DNA of 64,000 bases from Verrucomicrobiaceae bacterium (lineage in GTDB: Bacteria > Verrucomicrobiota > Verrucomicrobiia > Verrucomicrobiales > Akkermansiaceae): assembly GCA_051252135.1 (NCBI GenBank), contig JBPOGH010000008.1, forward strand, positions 96,001-160,000, in the 5' to 3' direction. Below are positions 18,333 to 28,104 of the stretch, piece after piece; the first letter of the stretch is position 1, and every line of letters begins with the position of its first letter. Made by a program: the position numbers and the translations under genes. The notes under the pieces are model-generated. The model saw nothing but the letters and a program-made list of their open reading frames with translations, was not told the origin of the DNA and ran no database searches.

Positions 18333-21300
18333 ATGAAACAATTCCTCTTCCTCACTCCGCTCGTCTCTCTCTTCTTCCCCACCCAACTCAATGCCGTCGT
18401 TATCGTCGCGGAAGAAACCCAGTTCACCGCCCCCTCCGCGCAGCCCCTCTTCCCCGCCGGAAATCTCAATGTCTTCAAACAGTTCGTCCTCGGCTTCGAG
18501 GTCCATGAGGAAATCGGCGAAAAAGTCGAAGTCGATCTTATCGTCACCACCCTCGAATTCGGCGGCGAAGTAGAAGTAGGCATCGGCGCCCACTTCGGCC
18601 TCGAGTTTGGCCTCTGCCTCGGTGGCAATGCCGACTACGACCTCACCTTCGCTCCCCGCATCACTCTCCCCGATGTCTACCCCACCGAAGTCCCCGTCCC
18701 CATCACCGTCGCGGAAGGGTTAATTGGCGGCTCCCACTTCGAGACCAACTTCCCCTCCCTCGGCACCATGTATGCCGATCTCATCCTCGACCTCAGCGCC
18801 CAGCTCCGCGCCGAGGCCTGCGTCTTTGGCTGCTTCACTCCCATCGATATCGACCTCTCCTCCTGCGATCTCCCTCTTTTCAACTTATCGGATCGTTGTG
18901 ACCCCACTGTGAAGGAGCGCGCCTACTGCGCCATCGAGCTCGCCTCCTTCAACCGCGGCGACAGTAACCAAGCCAAAATGCTCAATGTCGGCGCAAAAGA
19001 CATTGCCGCGTTCCTCGCCAAGCCCCACCTCAAATTCGACCTCATCCCCGACATCCCCCTCGGCGGCACCTACGGCACCGTCTCGCTCGCCGCTCCCACC
19101 ATCGACACCAACTCGCTAGACTCTCCCTTCAACACCTCCCAGGTTCTCAAAAGCAGCGGCGCCGAAGACGTCCTCGGCGTCGGGATCGATCTCGCCGCCC
19201 TCATCAAGGACGTTCTCCTCCCGCATCCTTTTCCTCCTCTTAAAAAGAACGGCAACATCGGACCCGTCGAGTGGAACTACGTCATCGCCGCCCTCGAAGT
19301 TGGCCCCGCCGTGCAACTCCAAATGGACTTCGAGGTCGATTGGGACCTCATGGTCACTGACATGAAGTTCACCGACTCCGTCACCGGCCAACCCAAGGAC
19401 GTCCTTCTCTTTACCGCCATCGGCGTGGACCACCCCATCAACGGAGCCCGCGTCACTAAGCTCAGTGACGTCCCCGGCTTCACCGTCGGAAACTACCAGC
19501 TTCTCAACTGCGGACCCCGCGCCATGCCCATGGTCTCCCTCGTCACCGATCCCTGGGCAGGGAGCAACGAAACCCGCCCACCGCAGGGCGGAGTCAATGT
19601 CGACATCACCTACTCCCTCGTCCCCCGCCTCATGACCGTCGTCTCCCTCCCCCTCGTCGGAAAGGTCGATTACGAAGTCCTCAGCGCCGGAGCCGAGATC
19701 AAACGCGTGGGCGACCTCAAAATTGGGCCCCTCGTCGAAGGTGCACACAAATTCAAGCTCGGCGAGTTCGAGGTCTACCGCAGCTCCCCCCAGACCATGC
19801 AAAGCGCCGGCGAGGGCCAGATCAACTTCACCATGCAAGCCGCCGGTCCTCCCAGCTTCGACTGGAACCCCGTCGACTTCACCGGAGACCCCTCCGGCAC
19901 TTATCAATGGACCACCCGCTCCGACACCCAAAAAAGCTACTGGAAAGAACTCGTCGGCATGACCCAGTCCTTCTTCCCAGGTGGGGGAGGACCCTCGAGC
20001 AGCACCATGATTCAAACGACCCCCTTCGCGAAGCTCAACGCCGACATCGAGATCAACTCCTTAAAAGTGACCTCCGGCAACGGCCTCGAAATCCAATCCG
20101 GCGCCGCAACCCCCGAACTTGAAATCAGCGGACTCATCGAAAACACCGGCTCCGTCTCAGTCGATGGCAACGCCTCCCTCCGGATGAACAACAACGACGT
20201 CGTCCTCTGCGGCAACGGTGCCCTCCGCCTCACCAACGGCGGCTCCCTCTTCGGAGCTCCCGGCATCGACGATAACTCCGACCCCTTCTCCTTCTGCAAC
20301 TACAACACCATCACCGGAGCCGGGACCGTGATCGGAGACTACCTCAAATTCCGAAACCGCACTAAGATTCACAACCTCGGCCAAATCACCGCCGACGGCT
20401 CCGCCGGAAATAACGGCAGCACCGGGGTCACCCTCAGCCTGACCTTCGACGCCTACCCGGAAGACACCTCCTGGACCATCACCACTTCCACTGGCAGCAC
20501 CGTCGCCAGCGGCGGCAACTACACCGATGCAGGATCAACCATCAATCAAACCGTCGCCCTCGCCGAAGGCACCTACTTCTTTAACATCGATGATGAGTTC
20601 GATGATGGCATCGAGGCCCCTGGAGGCTACACCATCACCAGCAGCTCCGGCGCCCTCCTCGCTTCCGGAGGTCAGTTCACGACCTCCGAAACAAAAACCT
20701 TCTCCATCATCTCCGGCAGCCACCTCACGACCGGTGCCGACAGCTTCGTCAACGAGGGCATCCTCGGCTCCAACTCCAATGGCCGCCTCATTGTCGATAG
20801 CGACGACCTCGAAAACCTCATCGGTAGCTCCACCCGAGCCGATGGCGGCCAGATCGATCTCCGCGCCCGCAACACCGTGCACATCGGCAGCATCGAGGCC
20901 ATCAACTCCGGCAAGGTCCTCATCAAACCCCTCTCCTCCAGCGCCTATTGGCGTGCCGGCCAATCCTTCCGCGAGGACTGCGGCGGACTCTCCGCCCGCC
21001 AGAATGGCATCATCGAAATCGAAAATACCGAAATGAACGGAGGCTGCTTCTACGCCTCCACCGGTGGAATTCTCACCACCTCGCTCAGCACCTTCAATGG
21101 CAGCGTCTTTGAAATCGGCTCTCCCGACGACGCCTCCCCGGAGATGGTCATCGAAGGCACCAAGCAAATCTTCACCCGCTCCTGCATGAACAACTTCGGC
21201 ACCCTCCGCGTTACAGGCAGTGCCGAATTCCGCGACTCCATGCTCTTCGCCAACCACGGCACCATCGTCATCCCTCAAGGAGGTCAACTCACCATTTTTG

Positions 21301-23450
21301 AAAACTTTTCCACCACCCCCGGTGCCTCCGATGAAGCCCTCCGCGAACCCGGCCTCGCCAATGCCACCCGCAGCACCCTCCTTGGTGGTAAATGGGACAT
21401 CGCCGGCCGGCTCAACATCGATGGAGCTGACTTCACCACCATCGGAGCAGACGTCGCCCCCGCCTCCACCACTTCCGGCTCCATCAACACCGAGCCTCTC
21501 GATGGTCTCCCCCCCGTTTCCGTCATCGTTCCCCAGGAAAGCTCCTCCCACATCCTCTCCGGTGGCGCTCCCGCCGAGATCACCCTGCGCGGAACCCATC
21601 TCGCCAAGTTTAGTGCCCTCAAGGACATCACCACCAACTGCGGCACCCTCCGTCTGGTCGAAGGCGCCAGATTCAGCCCCTCCGGCGACTTCACCAACAA
21701 CCGCGAACTCTACATCGGCCCTGGTTCCTCCTTCACCCCGAATGGCATCTTTATCCAAACCCGCCCCGGCGCCTCCACCACCCTCGCCGCCGGGGGAGGC
21801 CTCAACCCGGAAAACCAACAATATGACATCAGCGGAGGCACCGTCACCGGCACCACCTTCGGCATCGCCGGATCGGCAGATGTCCGCATCGCCTCTCCCA
21901 TCGTCGATACCAACGAAGAAGTCTACCGTTTGGAACGCGTCACCATTAATTCCCCAAGCCCCATCACCTCGATCGGCGCTAGTGCCAAAGTCCAAATCCA
22001 CGGCTGCGCAGTCGATTTCCCGGCCTTCAGCGACAACCTCGAAACAAACCTCGGCCACTTCATCATCTCCGGCGAAGGCAAGCAGAACCCCGGCAAGTTC
22101 TCTGCCCAAACCGGCTCCACCGAGGAGTTCATCAACCGTGGCCAGATGGAAATCACCGGCTACACCTCCAAGTTCGAAACCGAAAGATTCACCCAACTCG
22201 GCAACGCCTCCCTCATCCGCGTCGGCGCCGGTGCCCAACTCAATGTCGATCGCATCCTCAACATCGACGGCGGAGAAATCATCCTCGAGATCGGCTCCCG
22301 CCCCTTCCTCGAGGACTACGCCACCATCACCGGCCAACCCACTGAAGTTCACTTTGCCGACTCCATTGTCTTCGACTTCGTCGGCGAGCTTGCCGAGTCC
22401 ATCAAGACCGTCGACATCGGCGACACCTGGACCATTGTCGAACAATATAACCTCCTCGTCACCGGCATCGATCAAATCGAATTCCTCGTCAACGGCCTCG
22501 CCCCGGCAGCCGACTGGCTCCCCGCCAACTCCCACCTCGAACTTAGCCAGTTCGAAACTCCTTGGGGCCCCAGAGGCCTCCGTCTCCGCATCAAACCCGA
22601 CGCCGGCTTCCGCACCTACGACGTCTGGGCAGCCTCCCAGGGCATCGACCCCACCAGCTACCTCGCTGACGTCGCCTTGCCATTCGCCGCTCCCGGCAAC
22701 CACAATAGCAACAACCTCACCCAGTTCATCTACGGCAGTGGCAACCCCGCCCTCGCCGACCTTCAATTCGTCACCCTCGAGACCGATGGCAACCCGCAGG
22801 ACTTCGCCAAGTTCAGCTTCATGCGCCCCGCCGGAACTGACGTCACTTACAACCCCTACTACAGCCTCGACCTCAAATACTGGCGTCGCGCCGCCATGGA
22901 CCTCCTCCCCGGAGGCCTCCCCGTCGCCCCCGGCGAGCTGGAACGCGTCACCATGCAGACCACCTACCCCGCCCTCGACGGTCAGGTCTTCTACCGCATT
23001 CAACCCGAGATCAATCTCGAGAACTTTGACCACGGCGAAGTCCCCGAGGACGAGATCAACTGGACCGGAGGCCTCAGAGACTTCAACCAATCACTCATCG
23101 ATAACGGCAAGATCGTCAGCTACCTCGTCGAACCCGGAAAATCCCTCTACTTCAACGTCCAGACCATCGTCAACGAGAGTGGCTCCACCATCTGGGGCGG
23201 CACCGACGAGCAAGGAAACCGCAACTTCATCTACCGTGACCGCACCTCCCTCAAGCTCGCCGTCGGCCACTCCGGACTCGTCCGCGGAGGAAAACGCGCC
23301 CTCGTCAAAGTCACCTTCATCGAAACCCAGCAAACTCCCTTCATCGGCTCCACCCAAGACACCGGAAACAACAATCAAATCACCAGTAAAGACAGCCCGG
23401 TCGAGGCCGTCCCCTACAGCTACCGCGTAGAACTTATCAAAGAATACTAG
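18333..23450 (+). CDS. Large secreted multidomain surface protein (beta-rich repeats, C-terminal LCCL-like domain)
   Basis: 1705 aa; signal peptide; G/S/T/N-rich beta-helix-like segments (N.G.I/L); end TIWGG..IYRDRTSL..AVGHSG....GG...VKV....FIGST resembles LCCL. Confidence 0.75.
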   Translation: MKQFLFLTPLVSLFFPTQLNAVVIVAEETQFTAPSAQPLFPAGNLNVFKQFVLGFEVHEEIGEKVEVDLIVTTLEFGGEVEVGIGAHFGLEFGLCLGGNADYDLTFAPRITLPDVYPTEVPVPITVAEGLIGGSHFETNFPSLGTMYADLILDLSAQLRAEACVFGCFTPIDIDLSSCDLPLFNLSDRCDPTVKERAYCAIELASFNRGDSNQAKMLNVGAKDIAAFLAKPHLKFDLIPDIPLGGTYGTVSLAAPTIDTNSLDSPFNTSQVLKSSGAEDVLGVGIDLAALIKDVLLPHPFPPLKKNGNIGPVEWNYVIAALEVGPAVQLQMDFEVDWDLMVTDMKFTDSVTGQPKDVLLFTAIGVDHPINGARVTKLSDVPGFTVGNYQLLNCGPRAMPMVSLVTDPWAGSNETRPPQGGVNVDITYSLVPRLMTVVSLPLVGKVDYEVLSAGAEIKRVGDLKIGPLVEGAHKFKLGEFEVYRSSPQTMQSAGEGQINFTMQAAGPPSFDWNPVDFTGDPSGTYQWTTRSDTQKSYWKELVGMTQSFFPGGGGPSSSTMIQTTPFAKLNADIEINSLKVTSGNGLEIQSGAATPELEISGLIENTGSVSVDGNASLRMNNNDVVLCGNGALRLTNGGSLFGAPGIDDNSDPFSFCNYNTITGAGTVIGDYLKFRNRTKIHNLGQITADGSAGNNGSTGVTLSLTFDAYPEDTSWTITTSTGSTVASGGNYTDAGSTINQTVALAEGTYFFNIDDEFDDGIEAPGGYTITSSSGALLASGGQFTTSETKTFSIISGSHLTTGADSFVNEGILGSNSNGRLIVDSDDLENLIGSSTRADGGQIDLRARNTVHIGSIEAINSGKVLIKPLSSSAYWRAGQSFREDCGGLSARQNGIIEIENTEMNGGCFYASTGGILTTSLSTFNGSVFEIGSPDDASPEMVIEGTKQIFTRSCMNNFGTLRVTGSAEFRDSMLFANHGTIVIPQGGQLTIFENFSTTPGASDEALREPGLANATRSTLLGGKWDIAGRLNIDGADFTTIGADVAPASTTSGSINTEPLDGLPPVSVIVPQESSSHILSGGAPAEITLRGTHLAKFSALKDITTNCGTLRLVEGARFSPSGDFTNNRELYIGPGSSFTPNGIFIQTRPGASTTLAAGGGLNPENQQYDISGGTVTGTTFGIAGSADVRIASPIVDTNEEVYRLERVTINSPSPITSIGASAKVQIHGCAVDFPAFSDNLETNLGHFIISGEGKQNPGKFSAQTGSTEEFINRGQMEITGYTSKFETERFTQLGNASLIRVGAGAQLNVDRILNIDGGEIILEIGSRPFLEDYATITGQPTEVHFADSIVFDFVGELAESIKTVDIGDTWTIVEQYNLLVTGIDQIEFLVNGLAPAADWLPANSHLELSQFETPWGPRGLRLRIKPDAGFRTYDVWAASQGIDPTSYLADVALPFAAPGNHNSNNLTQFIYGSGNPALADLQFVTLETDGNPQDFAKFSFMRPAGTDVTYNPYYSLDLKYWRRAAMDLLPGGLPVAPGELERVTMQTTYPALDGQVFYRIQPEINLENFDHGEVPEDEINWTGGLRDFNQSLIDNGKIVSYLVEPGKSLYFNVQTIVNESGSTIWGGTDEQGNRNFIYRDRTSLKLAVGHSGLVRGGKRALVKVTFIETQQTPFIGSTQDTGNNNQITSKDSPVEAVPYSYRVELIKEY

Positions 23451-23519
23451 GTCGTGTGGACAAATTGATTTGCGTTGCGATGAGAGCTCATTTTTCGACT
23501 GACAAGGCGGCGAGTGGTC

Positions 23520-25931
23520 CTATCCATTCTGGATCACGCCCACAAAATAACTCTGCCGCTTCTCCCGGCCCGGCCCGCCGGTCTCATTCTTAAAAATGCG
23601 CCGCACATTGAGCACCAGATAACACTTCTGCCCCGCCTCAATGTTGGGCACATCAATGTAAGTCTCGGTCACTTTCGTGGTCCCGTCACCCGTCGCCACC
23701 CCGGGCAAGTAAGTCTTGATCTTAATCTTGTCGTCTCGCCCCTCACCCGCCTTGTTATTGACCACGGTCAGCTGCGTCGTCACCCAAGCCCCCTTCCCTC
23801 CCGGACCGGCCGTGGGATCATAACAAACCATCAGCGGCTCAAGCACCGTCGAGTGCAGGTCCTCGTGCACCGATGACGCATGGAGCAACTCGTAGTTCAG
23901 CACCTGATTCTCCATTAGCTGAAACTTCGGCATCCCGTTCGCCGCATCCACCAAGGCACAAAGCGCTTCGTTAAACTTGCACTGCGCTTCTTCAAACTCT
24001 CCCGCCGTCAGCAGCGTCGACACCCCGCTGATCAACTCCATCACCGTATCCGCCACCCCCTTCACCGCCTTCAGCGTCCCATCCAGAAAACTCTTCCCGA
24101 AGTTGTCCGCCAGCATGACCTTGAAAAGACCCCACACTCCCTTCTTCCCCACCCAGGTAAACAACTTCGCCGCAATCGTCGCAAAAGGATGGCCCGTCTG
24201 TGACCTCGCCTGCTGAAACTTCTGACAAATCAACCGCTGCACTTCCACCAGCTGCTCCATGAAGTTCGCGTTGTTCTGATTCAGCGCACAAAGCTGCTCG
24301 TAATAACCCGCCAGATCATTGATGCACTGCCTCAAAATATCCTTCTCCTCATCCTCCCACGGATCGCTGTAATAAACCAACTGCCACCACGTCAGATACC
24401 GGATGTAAGCCACCGCATCCTTCATGATATTGCGCGCCTCATGCGGCGTCACATTCGCAAAATTCAACTGCCCGTTCGGTAAAATCGGCAACAGATTCTT
24501 GTCTCCCCCAAGAAACCCCCTCACCGCCCGATCAAAAGGCACCGCATGCGTCCCCACCGCGTAGTTCTCGGTGAAGGTGTAAATGAATTCCAGAATCCGC
24601 AAGTTCTGCGCATGCGCCGTCCGGTTGAATTCCTCATCCTTCTCCCGCAAGGTCCGCCCCGTCTGCTCGACCAATACAAAAAGGTCCGCCAGCGCATTCT
24701 CGGGACAATCCTCTCCCCTCGTCCCCGAAACTCCCCCCTTCCGGTCCGGCGCTCCATCACCGTCACCATCCACCAATATTTTCCGCCCGAACCTCTTCGG
24801 CTTGTCACCAATCGGCACCCGCCGAACAAAACACCCCGGACCCGCCTCAAACGCATCCTCCTCCTCACCCCAAGTCTCAAAATCCTCGGATAACTCCGAT
24901 GACTGCTTCGTATCAGGCCACCCGTACCACCAGAAAACAAAATCCCCCCCATCCTGCCCCGCTCCCCCTCCCGGGCCTCCACCCCCGGGCCCACCACCCC
25001 CGGGCCCACCACCTCCAGGATCGCCGCCCGCAGGTCCACCGCCACCAGGCCCAGCCGGAGGACCTCCCGGAGGTGGACCCGCCACCGACCCCACCCCAAA
25101 CCCCGGGCCAAATCCCTCCTCGGGCTCAAAGTAAATCAGCAACCCCGGCGCCCCCAACGACTCCTCATTCAACATCATCGCATCCGTCTTCTTAAAAACC
25201 CCTTCCTCATCACGCACCCCCCACAACCCGGTCGGAATAAACACCGGCGCTCCCACCCCCAACATGTCCGGATCCCGCAAATGGTTCGACTTCAGCACCG
25301 CGTTGTCCGCTCCCGTCGGAAGAAACGACCACCCCTCATTCACCGCCCCTCCGGCCCATCCCAGGACTTCCCCCGTCACATCAATCACCAGATTCGGACC
25401 GTAAATCATCACGTCCCGCACAGGCGTCGCATCCGCCCCCGACACCCCATCGCCCGCCGATCCAAAATTATCCCACGTCACCGTCTCCTCACTCCATGCC
25501 GCCGCATTCACCTGCATCTCGAGCTCATCTCCGATATCCACAAAGTCAAAAATAAGATACGCCCCCACAATCTTGTGCGCCGCCGGCACAGGCACATACT
25601 TCCCCGATAATATCTCTTCAAACTTCAACAGATACGACGCCGACATCCCGCTCCCCTCCGGCTCGTCCCCCCCCATCACCACCGCCGAAAACGGCCCCTC
25701 CACCCCGTCCGGTCCCCCCGTCCCGCCATCGAAATTCTCCCCCGCATCCGCCTCCCGAATCTCCGCATCCTGCCCGTCTTCATAAATGAGAGGAATCGCC
25801 CGCCCATTCACCCGCACCGGACTCCCCTGTTGAAAAAAGACACTGTAATCAGCCGTTAATTCGACCGGAAGCAGGAGAAGGATCCCGCTCAAGATGCCTC
25901 TCAGGACATCGGGATGGTTGTTCGCATTCAT
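23520..25931 (-). CDS. Secreted protein: DNRLRE-like domain, Gly/Pro linker, unknown Cys-containing helical domain
   Basis: Signal-like N-terminus; YLLKF, WSEETVTWDNF, IDVTGEVLGW...NEGW typical of DNRLRE/CBM96-like modules. Confidence 0.65.
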   Translation of the reverse strand: MNANNHPDVLRGILSGILLLLPVELTADYSVFFQQGSPVRVNGRAIPLIYEDGQDAEIREADAGENFDGGTGGPDGVEGPFSAVVMGGDEPEGSGMSASYLLKFEEILSGKYVPVPAAHKIVGAYLIFDFVDIGDELEMQVNAAAWSEETVTWDNFGSAGDGVSGADATPVRDVMIYGPNLVIDVTGEVLGWAGGAVNEGWSFLPTGADNAVLKSNHLRDPDMLGVGAPVFIPTGLWGVRDEEGVFKKTDAMMLNEESLGAPGLLIYFEPEEGFGPGFGVGSVAGPPPGGPPAGPGGGGPAGGDPGGGGPGGGGPGGGGPGGGAGQDGGDFVFWWYGWPDTKQSSELSEDFETWGEEEDAFEAGPGCFVRRVPIGDKPKRFGRKILVDGDGDGAPDRKGGVSGTRGEDCPENALADLFVLVEQTGRTLREKDEEFNRTAHAQNLRILEFIYTFTENYAVGTHAVPFDRAVRGFLGGDKNLLPILPNGQLNFANVTPHEARNIMKDAVAYIRYLTWWQLVYYSDPWEDEEKDILRQCINDLAGYYEQLCALNQNNANFMEQLVEVQRLICQKFQQARSQTGHPFATIAAKLFTWVGKKGVWGLFKVMLADNFGKSFLDGTLKAVKGVADTVMELISGVSTLLTAGEFEEAQCKFNEALCALVDAANGMPKFQLMENQVLNYELLHASSVHEDLHSTVLEPLMVCYDPTAGPGGKGAWVTTQLTVVNNKAGEGRDDKIKIKTYLPGVATGDGTTKVTETYIDVPNIEAGQKCYLVLNVRRIFKNETGGPGREKRQSYFVGVIQNG
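24950..25125 (-). repeat. Gly/Pro low-complexity coding repeat (GGGGP)n
   Basis: GPPPGGPPAGPGGGGPAGGDPGGGGPGGGGPGGGGPGGGAG; near-identical 15-nt units. Confidence 0.8.
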
Positions 25932-26069
25932 GACAAGGTCGGATTTTTCCGAGCCCTAACGCCGTAACATTTCCAAAGAACTCGTTCAAGACTTCAATAT
26001 CACGTCACCCCGACTCACTCCTAATTTCAGCTTCCTTCGAACACGCAACCCCTCTATCGTCTCTCCATT

Positions 26070-26618
26070 ATGGCCAAGTCAATCATCGCCGTCCTCGTCG
26101 CCTCCGTCATCGTTTTCATCTGGGGAATGACCTCCTGGGGATTCCTCGGCTGGCATCAACCCGCCGCCTTCGAGAACGAGGCGGAAGTCGCCGCCGTCCT
26201 CAAAAAGAACACCACCGAACACGCCGTCTACGCCTACCCACAATGGTCTAACGATCCCGACTACGATACCGCAGGCAAAGCCACCGAAGGCCCCTTCATC
26301 TACGCCACCGTCGCACCCGACGGCGTCCCCATGGGTGCCGGATCCACCTTCGTCATCGGCTTCCTCATCAACGTCCTGGGTTCCACCATCCTCCTCGTTC
26401 TCATGCAGAACTCCCGCCAGCAATCATTCCCCGGCAGACTCTCCATCGCCCTCCTCGCCGGACTCTTCCTCGGCGTCGTCTCCGGAGCCAACCCCTGGAA
26501 TTGGATCGCTCTCCCCGGCCTGGAAACCGTCGGTCACATCTTCGATGGCATCATTCCCTGGACCCTCGCCGGCGCCGCCATGGCCGCCATCCTCCCAGAA
26601 GAAGCCACCTCGGCCTAA
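26070..26618 (+). CDS. Hypothetical membrane protein (about 4 TM)
   Basis: Hydrophobic segments; local codon bias matches real genes. Confidence 0.75.
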   Translation: MAKSIIAVLVASVIVFIWGMTSWGFLGWHQPAAFENEAEVAAVLKKNTTEHAVYAYPQWSNDPDYDTAGKATEGPFIYATVAPDGVPMGAGSTFVIGFLINVLGSTILLVLMQNSRQQSFPGRLSIALLAGLFLGVVSGANPWNWIALPGLETVGHIFDGIIPWTLAGAAMAAILPEEATSA

Positions 26619-26751
26619 TTCTACTTAATTGAACCTCGTTGAACGTCTCACCAACACACCCTCCAACGTTGAAACTACGGAGTTTCCCCCATCCAAAACA
26701 TCCCTTCCATCCTGTTCATCTGCGGTTCTAAATCAATTCAACTCAGGAGAA

Positions 26752-27345
26752 CTAACCCTCGGGCCGCGAGAGCACCTCACGAAAGTTCAGGTCCGCGAGC
26801 CACTCGCGGGCCAGCTCGTTCTCCGGGTCCAACTTCACCACCGTTTCATAACAACGCGTCGCCTCTTCGTACCGTTCCTGCGCCACCAAATATCCCCCCA
26901 GCGCAAACCGCGCCTCAATCACCCCCTCACCGCCAAGCGCGATCGCTTCCCGGATCAAAAACTCCGCCTTCGCCGCCTCCCCCCGCTGAAAGGCCATCGC
27001 CGCCGCATTGATCAAATTCTCATCATCGCTGTCATCCAGTTTGTGCGCCTCCCGATAAAGCGCCTCCGCTCCGGCACTATCCCCCCGCGCCCGCGCCAGA
27101 TGGGCTTGCTGCGTTTTTAAACCCGATAGCGTCTCCTCCTCCCCCAATTCCTCCGCCTGACTAAGCACACTTTCAGCCTCCGCCAGCGCTCCCAACTCGA
27201 TCAAATTCGAAGCATGAAGCACCAACAAGCCGCCGTTCTCAGGCTCCTCCAGCAGCAACGCTTCATACAGAAAGCGCGCAGTCACCAGTTGGTCATTCTC
27301 CTCCGCATCCTGGAGGAGTTCTAAAAGTTCCGTGGGGTCAGGCAT
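26752..27345 (-). CDS. Tetratricopeptide repeat protein
   Basis: AEALYREAHKLD, LGGYLVAQERYEEATRCYETVVKLDPEN TPR patterns. Confidence 0.8.
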   Translation of the reverse strand: MPDPTELLELLQDAEENDQLVTARFLYEALLLEEPENGGLLVLHASNLIELGALAEAESVLSQAEELGEEETLSGLKTQQAHLARARGDSAGAEALYREAHKLDDSDDENLINAAAMAFQRGEAAKAEFLIREAIALGGEGVIEARFALGGYLVAQERYEEATRCYETVVKLDPENELAREWLADLNFREVLSRPEG

Positions 27346-27390
27346 CAGACCTCACTTTTGCGGGGAACACCCAACAAATCAAACCCCGAC

Positions 27391-28035
27391 TCACCCAATC
27401 CGACGTCGGCGAACCAATGTCCCCATCGCCGCACAGGCCACCAACAGCACACTCCCCGGCTCCGGCACCGACTGCGCGTTATACGCATTCACCGCCTGCC
27501 CCAGCGTGATCGCATTCGCCGGTGAAGTAGACGCAGGATCATAAACAAACGCATCCAGCATCGGCTCCTTCAAATCCGGATGCCCCCCGGGATAGAGCCC
27601 AAACCCCAACCAACCAAAACGACCCTGCGTATCCTGAAAAGCCACCCAGTTCCGCACTCCAAAAACAAACCCGTTCACCGGCACCGTGTCTCCCAGCGGA
27701 GAATACCACGATGCCAAAAAATCTTCATCCACCGGAAAACTCACCGTGTCCGCATCCTGAAAACCCTCCCCCGAATTCTCAAAATTCAATCCTCCCGTCT
27801 CCATATCCCCATAGAAAACCGCCCCCGAACTCCCCGTCGTACTCAGGCCCGCAAACCCATCCAAATCATTGATCAAAAAATCCGCCACCGCATCATTCCC
27901 AATATCAGGACTCGTCCCCGGTGTCGTCGTCAGCAAGCTCAGATCATCCACCAATATCTGCCCCTCCAGACTGCCGGAAAGGGAAAGAGCCCCGAGAGGA
28001 ACAAGGAATATCGAGAAGCCTTTTTTGCCTAACAT
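27391..28035 (-). CDS. PEP-CTERM protein (paralog of 17248-17883)
   Basis: Shares NFENSGEGFQ, WYSPLGDT, NWVAF, GWLGFGL, FVYDP; tail VPEPGSVLLVACAAMGTLVRRRRIG. Confidence 0.92.
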   Translation of the reverse strand: MLGKKGFSIFLVPLGALSLSGSLEGQILVDDLSLLTTTPGTSPDIGNDAVADFLINDLDGFAGLSTTGSSGAVFYGDMETGGLNFENSGEGFQDADTVSFPVDEDFLASWYSPLGDTVPVNGFVFGVRNWVAFQDTQGRFGWLGFGLYPGGHPDLKEPMLDAFVYDPASTSPANAITLGQAVNAYNAQSVPEPGSVLLVACAAMGTLVRRRRIG

Positions 28036-28104
28036 GATCGGATTGTTAAGCTGTTATGATATTTTGTTTTATTTACAAGTCACGGTGAATTAACCGCCTC
28101 TTAT

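Noticed and set aside
19116..23430. Very long alternative ORFs (851 aa minus, 736 aa plus, 299 aa minus) overlapping the 1705-aa gene
   Set aside because: Shadow frames from extreme C-ending codon bias; low-complexity P/S/T or G/E/V composition, no motifs
24950..25125. 15-nt periodic repeat as a CRISPR or non-coding array
   Set aside because: No spacers; it is an in-frame Gly/Pro linker
26625..26750. Short intergenic repeats (CGTTGAA twice; CATCC-like units)
   Set aside because: Too short and degenerate to call an element without a genome-wide search
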